Positions 33,704-43,636 of a stretch of 64,000 bases of DNA are shown one piece after another; the stretch's first letter is position 1; the number at the start of each line of letters is the position of its first letter. Origin of the DNA: Candidatus Omnitrophota bacterium (GTDB lineage Bacteria; Omnitrophota; Gorgyraeia; Pluralincolimonadales; Pluralincolimonadaceae); contig PLNR01000008.1 in assembly GCA_003141835.1 (NCBI GenBank), positions 132,472 through 196,471 of the forward strand, in the 5' to 3' direction. The position numbers and the translations under genes are program-made. Under the pieces are notes generated by a model, which worked only from the letters and a program-made list of their open reading frames with translations, did no database searches and was not told where the DNA came from.

Positions 33704-34493
33704 GGGAGGCCTCCGCTAATTTTTGGACGTAGTCGCCTACGAGCTTGATAAAGTCCTTGCGTTTAGAGTTTTTCTCTATTTCCTTTACGATGGCCGACCC
33801 GACTATGACCCCTTCGGCCATCTTTGCTATCTCGCGGACCTGCCCGGGCCTTGAGACGCCGAACCCGACGCAGACCGGTTTATCCGAATATCTTTTTATC
33901 AGGCGGACGCGCGATGCCAGCTCTTTCGGCAGGTTTGCCCGCGCTCCGGTGATCCCGGTGAGCGAGACGTAATAAATGAAACCTTTTGACTTCTTTGAGA
34001 CGAGCCTTATCCTATCGGGGGTGCTCGTAGGGCTCAATAAAAATATCGTCGCGAAATCCCTCTTCTTTGCTTCGGCTACCAGGTCTTCCGCCTCATCCGG
34101 AGGAAGGTCCGGGATGATCACCCCATCGACGCCGTTTCCCGCGCAGTCCGAGACGAATTTTTTCAATCCGTATTTCAGGACCGGATTATAATATCCCATG
34201 AGGATGACCGGGATACAGGTCGAGCGCCTCAGGTCTTTGACCAGTTTAATGATATCTTTAAGTTTCGTTCCGCGTTTTAAGGCGCGCTCGGACGAGGCCT
34301 GTATCGTTGGGCCGTCTGCGACCGGGTCGGAGAACGGCACACCGAGCTCGATGATGTCGACGCCGCGCCTGTCAAATTCAAGGACGAGCTTTTTTGTCGT
34401 CGAAAGGCCGAAGTCACCGGCGGTCAGGAAAGCGATGAGCGCCTTCTGCTTTTTCTTTTTAAGTTCCTTGAATTTTTTGTCTATTCTATTCAT
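33696..34493 (-). CDS. trpA: tryptophan synthase alpha subunit
   Basis: 265 aa: ...[14 protein letters not shown].... Confidence 0.93.
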   Translation of the reverse strand: MNRIDKKFKELKKKKQKALIAFLTAGDFGLSTTKKLVLEFDRRGVDIIELGVPFSDPVADGPTIQASSERALKRGTKLKDIIKLVKDLRRSTCIPVILMGYYNPVLKYGLKKFVSDCAGNGVDGVIIPDLPPDEAEDLVAEAKKRDFATIFLLSPTSTPDRIRLVSKKSKGFIYYVSLTGITGARANLPKELASRVRLIKRYSDKPVCVGFGVSRPGQVREIAKMAEGVIVGSAIVKEIEKNSKRKDFIKLVGDYVQKLAEASHQ

Positions 34494-35683
34494 CTTTTTC
34501 TTGACGCCAACGCTTTCGAGACCATATCAACGTCCTTGTCCCCTCTTCCCGAGAGGCATACGACGACGATATCGCTTTTTTTATGTTTCCGCGCGTGTTT
34601 CGCTAGGTACGCTATCGCGTGCGATGATTCGAGGGCTGGTATTATTCCCTCTGTCTCGGATAACAATTGGAACGCGTCCAGCGCCTCGTCATCCGTCACC
34701 GATACGTATTTCGCGCGGCCTATCGATTTAAAATACGCGTGCTCCGGACCGACGCCCGGGTAGTCGAGGCCGGCGGATATGGAATGGGCTATCTTTACCT
34801 GGCCCGCTTTATCCTGCAGGAGATAACTCTTGCTCCCGTGAAGTACGCCGACCTCTCCTTTTTCGAGGGTCGCGGCGTGCAGGCCCGTAGACAAACCTCG
34901 CCCTGCCGCCTCAACGCCGATGAATTTCACTTTTTTATCGTTGAAGAAATTATAAAAGAGCCCCATCGAATTCGAGCCGCCGCCGACGCACGCGAGCAGG
35001 TAGTCCGGCAGCCTGCCTTCGAGTTTCAATATCTGGCGCTTCGTCTCTTTCCCTATCACGGATTGGAAATCGCGGACCATCATCGGGAACGGATGCGGGC
35101 CTGCCACCGAGCCGATGCAATAATGTGTCGACCTGACGTTCGTGACCCAATCGCGCATCGCCTCGTTCATGGCGTCTTTTAAGGTCTTGCTCCCGCTTGA
35201 TACCGAAGTCACTTTTGAGCCGAGCAGGCGCATCCTGAATACATTAAGGGCCTGCCTCTTTATATCCTCCTCGCCCATGAAGACCTCGCATTCGAGGCCG
35301 AAGAGCGCGGCGACTGTGGCGGTTGCCACGCCGTGCTGGCCTGCGCCGGTCTCGGCGATGATCCTCTTCTTCCCCATCCTGAGCGTCAAAAGCCCCTGGC
35401 CCAGGGTATTATTTATCTTGTGAGATCCGGTATGGTTGAGGTCCTCGCGCTTAAGGTATATCTTCGGGCCTTTCAGTTTTTCGGTGAGGCGCCGGGCGTA
35501 ATAAAGCACGCTCGGCCTTCCCGCGAAGTCGGAGAGGTAATAATCCAGGAGTTTCCGGAATTTTTTATCTTTTTTTGCGGCCGCATACTCGCGCTCGAGC
35601 TCATCAAGCGCTGTCATGAGCGTCTCCGGGACATACTTTCCCCCGAATACGCCAAAATGGCCTTTTTTGTCAGGCAGTTTCAC
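34490..35683 (-). CDS. trpB: tryptophan synthase beta subunit (GTG start)
   Basis: 397 aa: ...HTGSHKINN... PLP lysine motif. The start is the GTG at 35683; an upstream ATG is out of frame and is followed by TGA. Confidence 0.93.
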   Translation of the reverse strand: MKLPDKKGHFGVFGGKYVPETLMTALDELEREYAAAKKDKKFRKLLDYYLSDFAGRPSVLYYARRLTEKLKGPKIYLKREDLNHTGSHKINNTLGQGLLTLRMGKKRIIAETGAGQHGVATATVAALFGLECEVFMGEEDIKRQALNVFRMRLLGSKVTSVSSGSKTLKDAMNEAMRDWVTNVRSTHYCIGSVAGPHPFPMMVRDFQSVIGKETKRQILKLEGRLPDYLLACVGGGSNSMGLFYNFFNDKKVKFIGVEAAGRGLSTGLHAATLEKGEVGVLHGSKSYLLQDKAGQVKIAHSISAGLDYPGVGPEHAYFKSIGRAKYVSVTDDEALDAFQLLSETEGIIPALESSHAIAYLAKHARKHKKSDIVVVCLSGRGDKDVDMVSKALASRKR

Positions 35684-35718
35684 GTCATAACCCCTTTATT
35701 TTAAGTAAGTAAACTTAA

Positions 35719-35747
35719 ATATTAGCACAGAGTTAAAGTGTAGTCAA
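35719..35747 (-). promoter_or_regulatory. sigma70-type promoter for trpB-trpA and the downstream genes
   Basis: The minus strand reads TTGACT (35747..35742), a 17-nt spacer, then TAATAT (35724..35719), about 35 nt upstream of the trpB GTG. Confidence 0.55.
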
Positions 35748-35770
35748 TTTATATTAGGTGCAGGACCTGT

Positions 35771-35920
35771 CTACTGCGGCTCTTTTTGTGGCGTAACGGG
35801 TGTGTTAAGGTAGTATTGTTCGGGGCTGTTCGTTACATTGCCAAGCCAGGTATTATTGTTGTTCCAGGTGCAATTTGCGTTAATCAGCGCCGGCCATACA
35901 AACACTGTCAAAAATATCAT
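35771..35920 (-). CDS. hypothetical 49-aa small protein with a hydrophobic signal-peptide/TM-like N-terminus (speculative)
   Basis: MIFLTVFVWPALINA|NCTWNNNNTWLGNVTNSPEQYYLNTPVTPQKEPQ. It starts 18 nt after the CHASE2-PP2C stop and ends 24 nt before the trpB -35 box. The SD is weak and the N-terminus lacks positive charges. Confidence 0.25.
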   Translation of the reverse strand: MIFLTVFVWPALINANCTWNNNNTWLGNVTNSPEQYYLNTPVTPQKEPQ

Positions 35921-35938
35921 CTTATTTTCGACCTTTTT

Positions 35939-37825
35939 CTATGTCAATTTAAGCACTATGACCGTCATATCGTCGTGCTGCGGCATGCCTGTGCTGAACT
36001 TGATGACCTCTTCTACCAGCTTATCTGCCAAACCCTGAGCGGGAAGGCGCCTGTTCAATAGTGCCGTATCTAGTATGCGTTTCTCGCCGAATTCCTTCTG
36101 GTTCTTATCGCGGGCTTCCGAGATGCCGTCGGTATACATCACGAATAAGTCCCCGGCCGAAACAGGGAATTCATCCGCGGTGAATTCGGACCCGGGGATT
36201 ATGCCAACCGGCGGCCCGACCGACTGCGTGAGAGATACCACGTCTCCAGTGTTCTTTACCCAGACAAGCGGGTTATGCCCTCCGTTGGAATATTTTATCT
36301 TTTTCTCTTTGGGTTTATAAATAAGGTATTGGAGGGTTACGAACATCCCGGATACTCCTTCTTCGACCAGCCTGTCGTTGACCGCGGTCATTGTCTCGTC
36401 CGGTTCATTATAATTATGCGATAAACCACGGAAATCCGCCATAGCCTTAGCCATGAATAACGCTGCCGACACTCCCTTCCCCGAGACATCGCCTATGACT
36501 ATCCCGAGCCTGTTTTCCTTAAGCTGCACGAAATCGTACAATAATTTTATGAAATCGTAGAAATCGCCTCCGACATGTTTTGCCGGGACACACTTTACGC
36601 CGACTTCGATGCCCTCCATCTGCGGCAGGCTCTGCGGCAGAATCGACTGCTGGATGCGGCTCGCTATCTGGAGTTCTTTTTCGATCAACCCCTTCTCAAA
36701 GCGCGTTATTATGAACTGGTCGAGCGTTATGGCCGGGTAGGCGATAAAGCAAAGCAGGAGCATCGTCGCAAAATCAACCCATATATTGAAGAATTTGAAT
36801 GCGATGATGGCTGTTATTACGATGGCTAATACAGCCACCAGGAAAAAGACGAGACTCCCGGAAGGCGTGCGTTTGGGGATAATTATCCCGAAGGCAGCGC
36901 CGATAAACAAAAGCACAAGGAATATCCCGGTCCCGGAAACCCTGTTGATAAAATCCTTTTGGAGCATTGTATTCACCGAGCTTGCCCTGATGCCTACTCC
37001 CGGATAGAGAGACGAAACCGATGTCGACCAATAGTCTTCCGCGCCTGTCGCGGTCAGGCCTATTATTACGATCTTATCCTTAAAGATGTTAAGGTCGATG
37101 TTCGGCTTCTCCCCTTTATCGAGCTGGTTGGCCGATAACGGAATATCCGAAAAAGAGACCCTCTTGAACCTGTCGAAACCGCCGGCATAATTTATCCACA
37201 TAAACCCGTTCTTATCAGTCTTCGTATGGAGCTTGGCCGGGTCTGCGCTCAGGTAATACGCCGCCGCGGAAAGGTCGAGGGACGGGCGGGCTTTCCCTTC
37301 GTATTCTATGAAGACTGGAAGCTTCCTTACTTTGCCGTCGGGTTCGACCATGATATTTACGAAACCGGAACCTTTCGCGCTGCGGAGGAGGTCTTCGATC
37401 GGCAAAGTCTCCTTGCGCGCCCTCAAACCTTTGCCATTATCAGGATAGAGGTCGAAATATGAGGCGAAGAAAACATTCCCGAGTTTTTTAGCCTCTAAAG
37501 CGAGTTGTTTGTCTTCTTCAGGATGCTCCGCTTCCGCTTCGGTAAAAAGGATATCGAATACGATAGCCTTCGGCTTATATCTCTCGAGTATATCTAGGAA
37601 CTCGGCGTGATAGCCCCTCGGCCACGGCCAACGCCCGAAATCATTTATTGCCCTGTCGTCTATCTCCACCACTATGATATCCGGGCTTACCGGTTTCGAA
37701 CCACGGGCTTTGAAGAGGAGGTCAAGCCCCTGGTATTCGAGCATGGCGAGCCAACCCGGGATATAAAGGGTGCCCAACACCAGCGCGCATACGATCCCTA
37801 TCAGTAACCCGCTCTTCTTCTTCAT
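35939..37825 (-). CDS. CHASE2 sensor domain-containing membrane PP2C-family (SpoIIE/RsbU-like) serine phosphatase
   Basis: 628 aa with an N-terminal TM, a periplasmic CHASE2 domain (GLDLLFKARG...IVVVEIDD...), three TM helices, and a C-terminal PP2C domain (...HVGGDFYDF...IGDVSGKGVSAALFMA...MYTDGISEA...). Confidence 0.8.
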   Translation of the reverse strand: MKKKSGLLIGIVCALVLGTLYIPGWLAMLEYQGLDLLFKARGSKPVSPDIIVVEIDDRAINDFGRWPWPRGYHAEFLDILERYKPKAIVFDILFTEAEAEHPEEDKQLALEAKKLGNVFFASYFDLYPDNGKGLRARKETLPIEDLLRSAKGSGFVNIMVEPDGKVRKLPVFIEYEGKARPSLDLSAAAYYLSADPAKLHTKTDKNGFMWINYAGGFDRFKRVSFSDIPLSANQLDKGEKPNIDLNIFKDKIVIIGLTATGAEDYWSTSVSSLYPGVGIRASSVNTMLQKDFINRVSGTGIFLVLLFIGAAFGIIIPKRTPSGSLVFFLVAVLAIVITAIIAFKFFNIWVDFATMLLLCFIAYPAITLDQFIITRFEKGLIEKELQIASRIQQSILPQSLPQMEGIEVGVKCVPAKHVGGDFYDFIKLLYDFVQLKENRLGIVIGDVSGKGVSAALFMAKAMADFRGLSHNYNEPDETMTAVNDRLVEEGVSGMFVTLQYLIYKPKEKKIKYSNGGHNPLVWVKNTGDVVSLTQSVGPPVGIIPGSEFTADEFPVSAGDLFVMYTDGISEARDKNQKEFGEKRILDTALLNRRLPAQGLADKLVEEVIKFSTGMPQHDDMTVIVLKLT

Positions 37826-39807
37826 TCTATTATTATCTCACAATCCGGCAGCGCCGACAAAAATTTCCTGCCGTACGGCTTGGTCAATATCCTGCTGTCC
37901 AGTATCACGACGATGCCCGTGTCATATTTTGTCCGCACGAGCCTGCCGAAACCCTGCTTTAATTTCAGTATCGCCTGCGGGAGGCTGTATTCCTGGAACG
38001 GGTCTCCGCCTTCGTCCTTTATCTTCTCCATCCTCGCCTCGGAGATCGGATGGTCCGGTACCGAGAACGGCAGCCTCGTGATGATGACATTGCTCAGCGC
38101 CTCTCCGGGTACATCTACGCCTGTCCAGAACGAGTCCACGCCGAATATAACCGAGCCGACATCGCGCTTGAATGCCTCCAGCATCTTGGTGCGCGGGAGC
38201 CCGGCCCCCTGCTTCAATACCGGGATGCCGAGGTCGTGGAGGAAAGGCGCGGTCTCCTCGTATACGTCATCCATGAACTTATAGCTCGTGAACAGGACGA
38301 ACGCCTTCCCCTCGGTCCGTTCGAGGTAATCTTTCAGTTTATTGACGACTTCCGTTTTATATTTGCCGTAGTCGTTGGGATCGGGCATCTTCTTCGGGAT
38401 GTGGATCTTCACGTTATTGGCGAAATCGAACGGCGAGCCGAGCAATTTCTCGTCGCACCGTTTTAACCCGAGACGGCCCTTTATGTATTCGAAATTCTTC
38501 TCGGTCGATAACGTTGCGCTTGTAAGGACTACCGTATCGATCCTTGAAAAGAGCATGCCGTTGAGCGCCGGGGCGATGTTGATGGGCGCGCAATCCAGGG
38601 ATATCCTGCGGAACCGCCTTCCCGATATCTCCGCCCAATAAACATAGTCTTCCGCATCTTGGGCCAGGAATATCGCAAGGGTCTGGACAAGCCCTTCGAT
38701 CCTGTTCATGTAATATTTATAATCCACCTCTTCTTCTTTGGAGCGGGCATGCTCGAACCTGTCTTCAAGCATCCGGGAGAGGCTCTTGAGCGGCCTCGAG
38801 AGGCAGTCGTCGGTGAAATCCGGCTCCCTGACCCTGCGTATCGTATCCCTGTCGAGCCAATCCGCGACCCCGTCAAAGAACTTATCCGAGGCCTTCCTCA
38901 GGTCGGAAACAAAATCTTTCAGCCCGTCGTCGCTTACAGATGTAAGGAACCCCTTCTTCTTCGTCGGATTATACAGGGAATCGAGGAGGTACTTTACCTT
39001 AAAATTCGAGATCTCGTAACCGAGGTGCTCCGTCGCAACGTCTTCGATCGTATGCGCTTCGTCGAAGACGACGCACGAGTAATTCGGGAGGAGCGAATAT
39101 TCGGATTGGCGCAATGCAAGGTCTGAGAAGAAGAGATGATGGTTGACTATCAGGATATCCGCTTCCTGCATATTGCTTCGCGCCTTCATGAGGAAACATT
39201 CGTTCTTGTACGGGCACTTCTTACCGAGGCAGGTGTCAGGCTCGCAGCATACCCTCTCCCACACCTTCGGGTTGGGTTCATCGCTGAAATCAGAACGCGA
39301 GCCGTCTGTCGTTACCTTTGACCAGGCGAGGATATTCCGCAGGTCGGCGACCTCCTCCTTTGATTCAAAGAGATCTGTCCTCGACGAAAAGACCCGGTTG
39401 AGCCTCCTGAGGCAGAGATAATTCGACCGGCCTTTTACTAGGCAATAGGTGAAGTCGTACGGCATGACCGACTTGATGAACGGGATATCTTTTTTGACGA
39501 GCTGTTCCTGGAGGCTGATGGTATTTGTGGAGATGACTGCTTTCTTATGCGACGATACCGCGGAGTCTATCAGCGGCACGAGGTAAGCGAATGATTTACC
39601 GACACCCGTGCCGGCCTCGGTTATAAGGTGCCTCTTCTTCCTGATGGCGTCCTCGACGGCCTTCGCCATCTGCCCCTGCTGCGGGCGGAATTCGTAATCT
39701 TTGAATGCGTTCGCGAGCAGCCCGTCCTTGCCAAAAAACCCCTCCGCGTCGATATTCGCGTCCGGATTATCGGTGCCTGTGAGCAACGGACTGTTAGGTA
39801 ATATCAT
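37822..39807 (-). CDS. dinG: DinG/Rad3-family ATP-dependent DNA helicase (Fe-S)
   Basis: 661 aa: Walker A EAGTGVGKSFAYLVP, DEAH-like VVFDEAHTIED, and a Cys cluster CCEPDTCLGKKCPYKNEC. Confidence 0.85.
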   Translation of the reverse strand: MILPNSPLLTGTDNPDANIDAEGFFGKDGLLANAFKDYEFRPQQGQMAKAVEDAIRKKRHLITEAGTGVGKSFAYLVPLIDSAVSSHKKAVISTNTISLQEQLVKKDIPFIKSVMPYDFTYCLVKGRSNYLCLRRLNRVFSSRTDLFESKEEVADLRNILAWSKVTTDGSRSDFSDEPNPKVWERVCCEPDTCLGKKCPYKNECFLMKARSNMQEADILIVNHHLFFSDLALRQSEYSLLPNYSCVVFDEAHTIEDVATEHLGYEISNFKVKYLLDSLYNPTKKKGFLTSVSDDGLKDFVSDLRKASDKFFDGVADWLDRDTIRRVREPDFTDDCLSRPLKSLSRMLEDRFEHARSKEEEVDYKYYMNRIEGLVQTLAIFLAQDAEDYVYWAEISGRRFRRISLDCAPINIAPALNGMLFSRIDTVVLTSATLSTEKNFEYIKGRLGLKRCDEKLLGSPFDFANNVKIHIPKKMPDPNDYGKYKTEVVNKLKDYLERTEGKAFVLFTSYKFMDDVYEETAPFLHDLGIPVLKQGAGLPRTKMLEAFKRDVGSVIFGVDSFWTGVDVPGEALSNVIITRLPFSVPDHPISEARMEKIKDEGGDPFQEYSLPQAILKLKQGFGRLVRTKYDTGIVVILDSRILTKPYGRKFLSALPDCEIIIE

Positions 39808-40665
39808 TTATCTCGGGCTTATGGCTAATTCCTCCAGCCGCGCGATCCTGCGTTCTATGGGCGGATGCGTGCTGAAGAGGTTAGTGATCCCGCCGCCGGT
39901 AAGGGGATTGACGATGAAGAGGTGCGCGGTCGTCGGGTTTGCCTGCATAGGTACCTGGCGTGAGTAATTATAGAGTTTCCGTAACGCGTTCGCGAGCGAG
40001 AGAGGCCTCCCGCACAACTTGGCGCCTGACTCGTCGGCCATATACTCCCTCGAGCGCGAGATCGCTAATTGTATAAACATGGCGACGAAGGGCGCAAGGA
40101 TAGCTATTGCAATCAGGGCGATCGGATTGCTGCCTTCCCTGTCATTGTCTCTTCCGCCCGCGCCTCCGAATATCGCCGCCCACTCCGCCATCCTGGCTAG
40201 CACATATATGGCACCCGCAATGGTTGCCACAACGGTCATGATCAGGGTATCCCTATTGTGGACATGGGAGAGTTCGTGCGCTATGACGCCCTCGAGCTCG
40301 TCGTCGCTTAATAAACGCATTATGCCTTCAGTCACGGCAATAGAGGCGTGCGCCGGGCTACGTCCGGTAGCGAACGCGTTAGGCGTTTCGACAGGTATGA
40401 CATATATTTTCGGTTTAGGGATGTCGGCTTTGGTCGCGAGGTTCTGGACTATCCTGTGGATCTTAGGGTAATCCTGTGCCGAGGCCTCTTTCGCGTGGTA
40501 CATCGCGAGGACTATCTTATCCGAGAACCAATACGAGAAGAAATTCATCACGACGGCGAACCCGAAAGCTATGATCATGCCGTTGCGTCCGCCTATGAGG
40601 CTCCCCACGAAAATAAGCAGGAGCGTCAGTAGCGTAAGGAAAAATACCGTCTTGAATACGTTCAT
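39808..40665 (-). CDS. htpX: zinc metalloprotease HtpX (M48)
   Basis: 285 aa with TM helices and [10 protein letters not shown] (HExxH). Confidence 0.9.
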   Translation of the reverse strand: MNVFKTVFFLTLLTLLLIFVGSLIGGRNGMIIAFGFAVVMNFFSYWFSDKIVLAMYHAKEASAQDYPKIHRIVQNLATKADIPKPKIYVIPVETPNAFATGRSPAHASIAVTEGIMRLLSDDELEGVIAHELSHVHNRDTLIMTVVATIAGAIYVLARMAEWAAIFGGAGGRDNDREGSNPIALIAIAILAPFVAMFIQLAISRSREYMADESGAKLCGRPLSLANALRKLYNYSRQVPMQANPTTAHLFIVNPLTGGGITNLFSTHPPIERRIARLEELAISPR

Positions 40666-40681
40666 GTTTAAACAACCCCCC

Positions 40682-41224
40682 TTAAAGATTCTTTATTTCG
40701 GATACTTCCCTGTCTATCAGGTGTGCCACTTCGGAGATCTCTTTGATCGCGTTATCTACGGCCTTCTTGAAATAAATGGCCCCGGGATGCCTCTCCCCGA
40801 GCTCTACCAGGCGCGCGCCCATATCTATGAGCGTCAGGTACATCTTTTTTAGTTCCTGCGCATCCTGGTAGTTCCTGAACTTCCTGTTGAGGAACTTTAC
40901 CAGTTCCTTCTTCTCTTCCGGATCTATTTTTATGAACCTGACCCCTATGCCGGGATAATATGTCGGGTTCTTGTCCTTATCGGCAATCCATGCGACGCGC
41001 CCCATCACCTCTATCGGGTTGGAGACGGTCGGCAGGCTGAATTCGAGGTCCATCTCCATGCCGAGCTTGAATTTTTTGGTGGTCTTGAGGAAGAGCCCGT
41101 GCTCCGCGAAATTTTTCGTCCTGAAAAGGTACGCCTTGCTGCTCGCGGACTTATCCTTCTTCCGGTGCCATTTGACCTCGACGTCCAGCGCCAGGCGGCG
41201 GTGCAATCTCTTATTGGAAGCCAT
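40682..41224 (-). CDS. PilZ domain protein (c-di-GMP receptor-like)
   Basis: 180 aa with an RRxxxR-like N-terminal motif ([10 protein letters not shown]) and a D/NxSxxG-like motif ([10 protein letters not shown]), plus a C-terminal helical extension. Confidence 0.6.
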   Translation of the reverse strand: MASNKRLHRRLALDVEVKWHRKKDKSASSKAYLFRTKNFAEHGLFLKTTKKFKLGMEMDLEFSLPTVSNPIEVMGRVAWIADKDKNPTYYPGIGVRFIKIDPEEKKELVKFLNRKFRNYQDAQELKKMYLTLIDMGARLVELGERHPGAIYFKKAVDNAIKEISEVAHLIDREVSEIKNL

Positions 41225-41238
41225 ATCGGATCCTTTCG

Positions 41239-41859
41239 CTAGTTTGTCTTCTTCGTTTTTTCGATAAACTTTTTCATGCGGCCGCGGTCCTTCCTTCCCG
41301 GAGCGGCCTCAAGCCTGCTGCAGGCGTCCACAGCGTAAGGCCTTACTTTTTTAATGGCCGGACCGACGTTGCCGGCGTCGAGGCCGCCCGCCAGGATCAC
41401 GGGTTTGCCGTATTTTTTCGCTTTTACGGCCAGGGCCCAATCGAACCTCACGCCTGTGCCGCCGCTCTTTCCCTTGACGCACGAATCGAGCAGGAAAGCG
41501 TCTACCGCGTACCTGCCCAGCCCCTTCAGGTCGGCAGGCCCGCCGACGCGGACTGACTTTATTATTTTATAATATTTATTGAGCCCTTTGCAATAGGCTG
41601 GAGACTCGTTGCCGTGCAGCTGGAGCAGGTCGAGCCGGCATTCGCGGGCTGTCTTTAACACTTTATCTTTTTTTTCGTCGACAAAAACCCCCACCGTGAC
41701 TACGTATGGGGGCAATTTCGCTATTATATCCTTTGCTTTTTTCGGGGTGACAGCGCGCGGGCTTTTGGCAAAGACAAAACCCAGAACGTCTGCCCCGTAA
41801 AGGCATGCCGCCTCGGCGTCTTTATAATTGGTTATCCCGCAGATCTTCACTTTTACCAA
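41239..41859 (-). CDS. trpF: phosphoribosylanthranilate isomerase
   Basis: 206 aa: MVKVKICGITN...QLHGNES.... Confidence 0.9.
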   Translation of the reverse strand: MVKVKICGITNYKDAEAACLYGADVLGFVFAKSPRAVTPKKAKDIIAKLPPYVVTVGVFVDEKKDKVLKTARECRLDLLQLHGNESPAYCKGLNKYYKIIKSVRVGGPADLKGLGRYAVDAFLLDSCVKGKSGGTGVRFDWALAVKAKKYGKPVILAGGLDAGNVGPAIKKVRPYAVDACSRLEAAPGRKDRGRMKKFIEKTKKTN

Positions 41860-42629
41860 GCCATCACCCTCTTTACTTCGGCGCCGATATCGTCTGCCTC
41901 CATGAAGGCCGTCCCGATGAGGACCGCTTTTACTCCGGTGGAAGCAAGTGACTGGACGTCTTCCGGTTCCCTGAAGCCGCTCTCCGAGACGATTATCTTC
42001 TCCGGCGCGACCTTCGCGACCAACTCACGCGTTATGCTAAGGTCGGTCTCCAAAGTCATGAGGTTCCGGTTATTGATCCCGATTATCTCAGCCTCTATAC
42101 CCAGCGCCTTATCGAGGTCGCGCTGGTTGTGTACTTCTATGACCGTATCCATGCCGAGCGATCTCGCCTCGTGGAAGAGCGCTTTGAGCATCCCCCTGTC
42201 GAGCGCGGCGGCTATAAGGAGCACGGCGTCTGCGCCGGCTATCGCCGACTCATAGATCTGGTATTCCGATATGATGAAATCCTTGCGCAGGATAGGCAGG
42301 TCGACGGCCTGCCTTACCGCCTTGAGGTGGTCCAGGCTTCCCTGGAAATATTTATCCTCTGTAAGGACGGATAACGCGGCCGCCCCGCTCTTCTTGTATA
42401 TCCTCGCGATCGCCTCCGGGTCATAATCGTGCCTTATGACGCCGTGCGAGGGCGACGCTTTTTTCAGCTCTGCGATCAGGTTCATCCTGCCGCTTTTTGA
42501 GATCGCTTTCTTGAATCCGCGGTTCTTGACCGGGGAAGCCGTCCTCTCGATCTCATCGAGAGGCAGGATCTCCTGCGCTTTTTCAAGTTTGTGTTTCTTG
42601 TGTTCGATTATATCATCAAGGCCTATCAT
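41853..42629 (-). CDS. trpC: indole-3-glycerol-phosphate synthase
   Basis: 258 aa: ...LIAELKKASPSHGVIR... (the ORF spans residues 1-258; motif ~53-68). Confidence 0.92.
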   Translation of the reverse strand: MIGLDDIIEHKKHKLEKAQEILPLDEIERTASPVKNRGFKKAISKSGRMNLIAELKKASPSHGVIRHDYDPEAIARIYKKSGAAALSVLTEDKYFQGSLDHLKAVRQAVDLPILRKDFIISEYQIYESAIAGADAVLLIAAALDRGMLKALFHEARSLGMDTVIEVHNQRDLDKALGIEAEIIGINNRNLMTLETDLSITRELVAKVAPEKIIVSESGFREPEDVQSLASTGVKAVLIGTAFMEADDIGAEVKRVMAW

Positions 42630-43636
42630 GAGCTTGCCGCCTCCTTTAATGCCTGCAGTTTCTCGAGGGCCATGCCGGATTCTATAGACTCTTCGGCCAT
42701 TTGTATCCCCTCTTTGATGTCCGAAGCCTTGTCAGCCGCGTATATGGCGCAGCCGGCGTTCAACACGACGATATCGTATTTAGGGCCTTTCTCGCCGCTC
42801 AGGATATCCATCGCTATCTTCGCGTTCTCAGCGGGTTCGCCGCCCTTAAGGTCCCCGGCTTTTGCCTTCTTTATCCCGAAATCGCGCGGTGAGATCTCGT
42901 AGGTCCTGACCTTGCCGCCTTTGAGTTCGGATATCTGCGTTTTGTCAGTCGTCGTCACTTCGTCGAGGCCGTCTTTTCCGTGGACGACGAGCGCATGTTT
43001 TGAGCCCAATCTTCCGAGAACTTTTGCGATGGGCTCGGTCAATTCCCCGTCGTAAACCCCTAATAACTGGTTCGTGGCGCCGGCAGGGTTGGTCATAGGG
43101 CCCAATATATTGAATATCGTCCTGATCCCTATCTCCTTGCGCGGGCCTATCGCGTATTGCATAGCCTTGTGCATCTTTGGCGCGAAAAGGAACCCTATCC
43201 CGGCTTCATCGATGCATTTCGAGACGGTCTGTTCCTCCGCGTCAATATTTATCCCGAGTGCCTTTAGGAGGTCTGCGCTGCCGCAATTGGAAGAGACGCT
43301 CCTGTTGCCGTGCTTTGCGACGATGACGCCGGCGCCGGCCACGACAAAAGCAGTTATCGTAGAGACATTAAAGGTCTGGCATTCGTCGCCGCCCGTACCG
43401 CACGTGTCCAGCACGACCGGATGCCTGGTCTTTATCTTCACGGCGTGCCTGCGCATTATTTCGGCCGCGCCGGTTATCTCATCTATCGTCTCTCCTTTTA
43501 TCCGCATCGCGGTAAGGAAAGCGGCTATCTGGGCCGGGGAAGCCTGCCCCGTCATTATCTCCTCCATCGCGAGTTCCATCTCGTTCTTGGACAGGTCTTC
43601 GCATCTCACAAGTTTGGCTATCGCTTCTCTTATCAT
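42626..43636 (-). CDS. trpD: anthranilate phosphoribosyltransferase
   Basis: Start assigned to [10 protein letters not shown]...; it overlaps the trpG stop as TAATG. ...DTCGTGGD.... Confidence 0.9.
   Translation of the reverse strand: MIREAIAKLVRCEDLSKNEMELAMEEIMTGQASPAQIAAFLTAMRIKGETIDEITGAAEIMRRHAVKIKTRHPVVLDTCGTGGDECQTFNVSTITAFVVAGAGVIVAKHGNRSVSSNCGSADLLKALGINIDAEEQTVSKCIDEAGIGFLFAPKMHKAMQYAIGPRKEIGIRTIFNILGPMTNPAGATNQLLGVYDGELTEPIAKVLGRLGSKHALVVHGKDGLDEVTTTDKTQISELKGGKVRTYEISPRDFGIKKAKAGDLKGGEPAENAKIAMDILSGEKGPKYDIVVLNAGCAIYAADKASDIKEGIQMAEESIESGMALEKLQALKEAASS

Noticed and set aside
35684-35760. CIRCE-like half site (ttagcacag) in the trpB promoter region
   Set aside because: Only one degenerate half (TTAGCAC) is present, with no matching inverted partner at 9-nt spacing. 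It is most likely chance.
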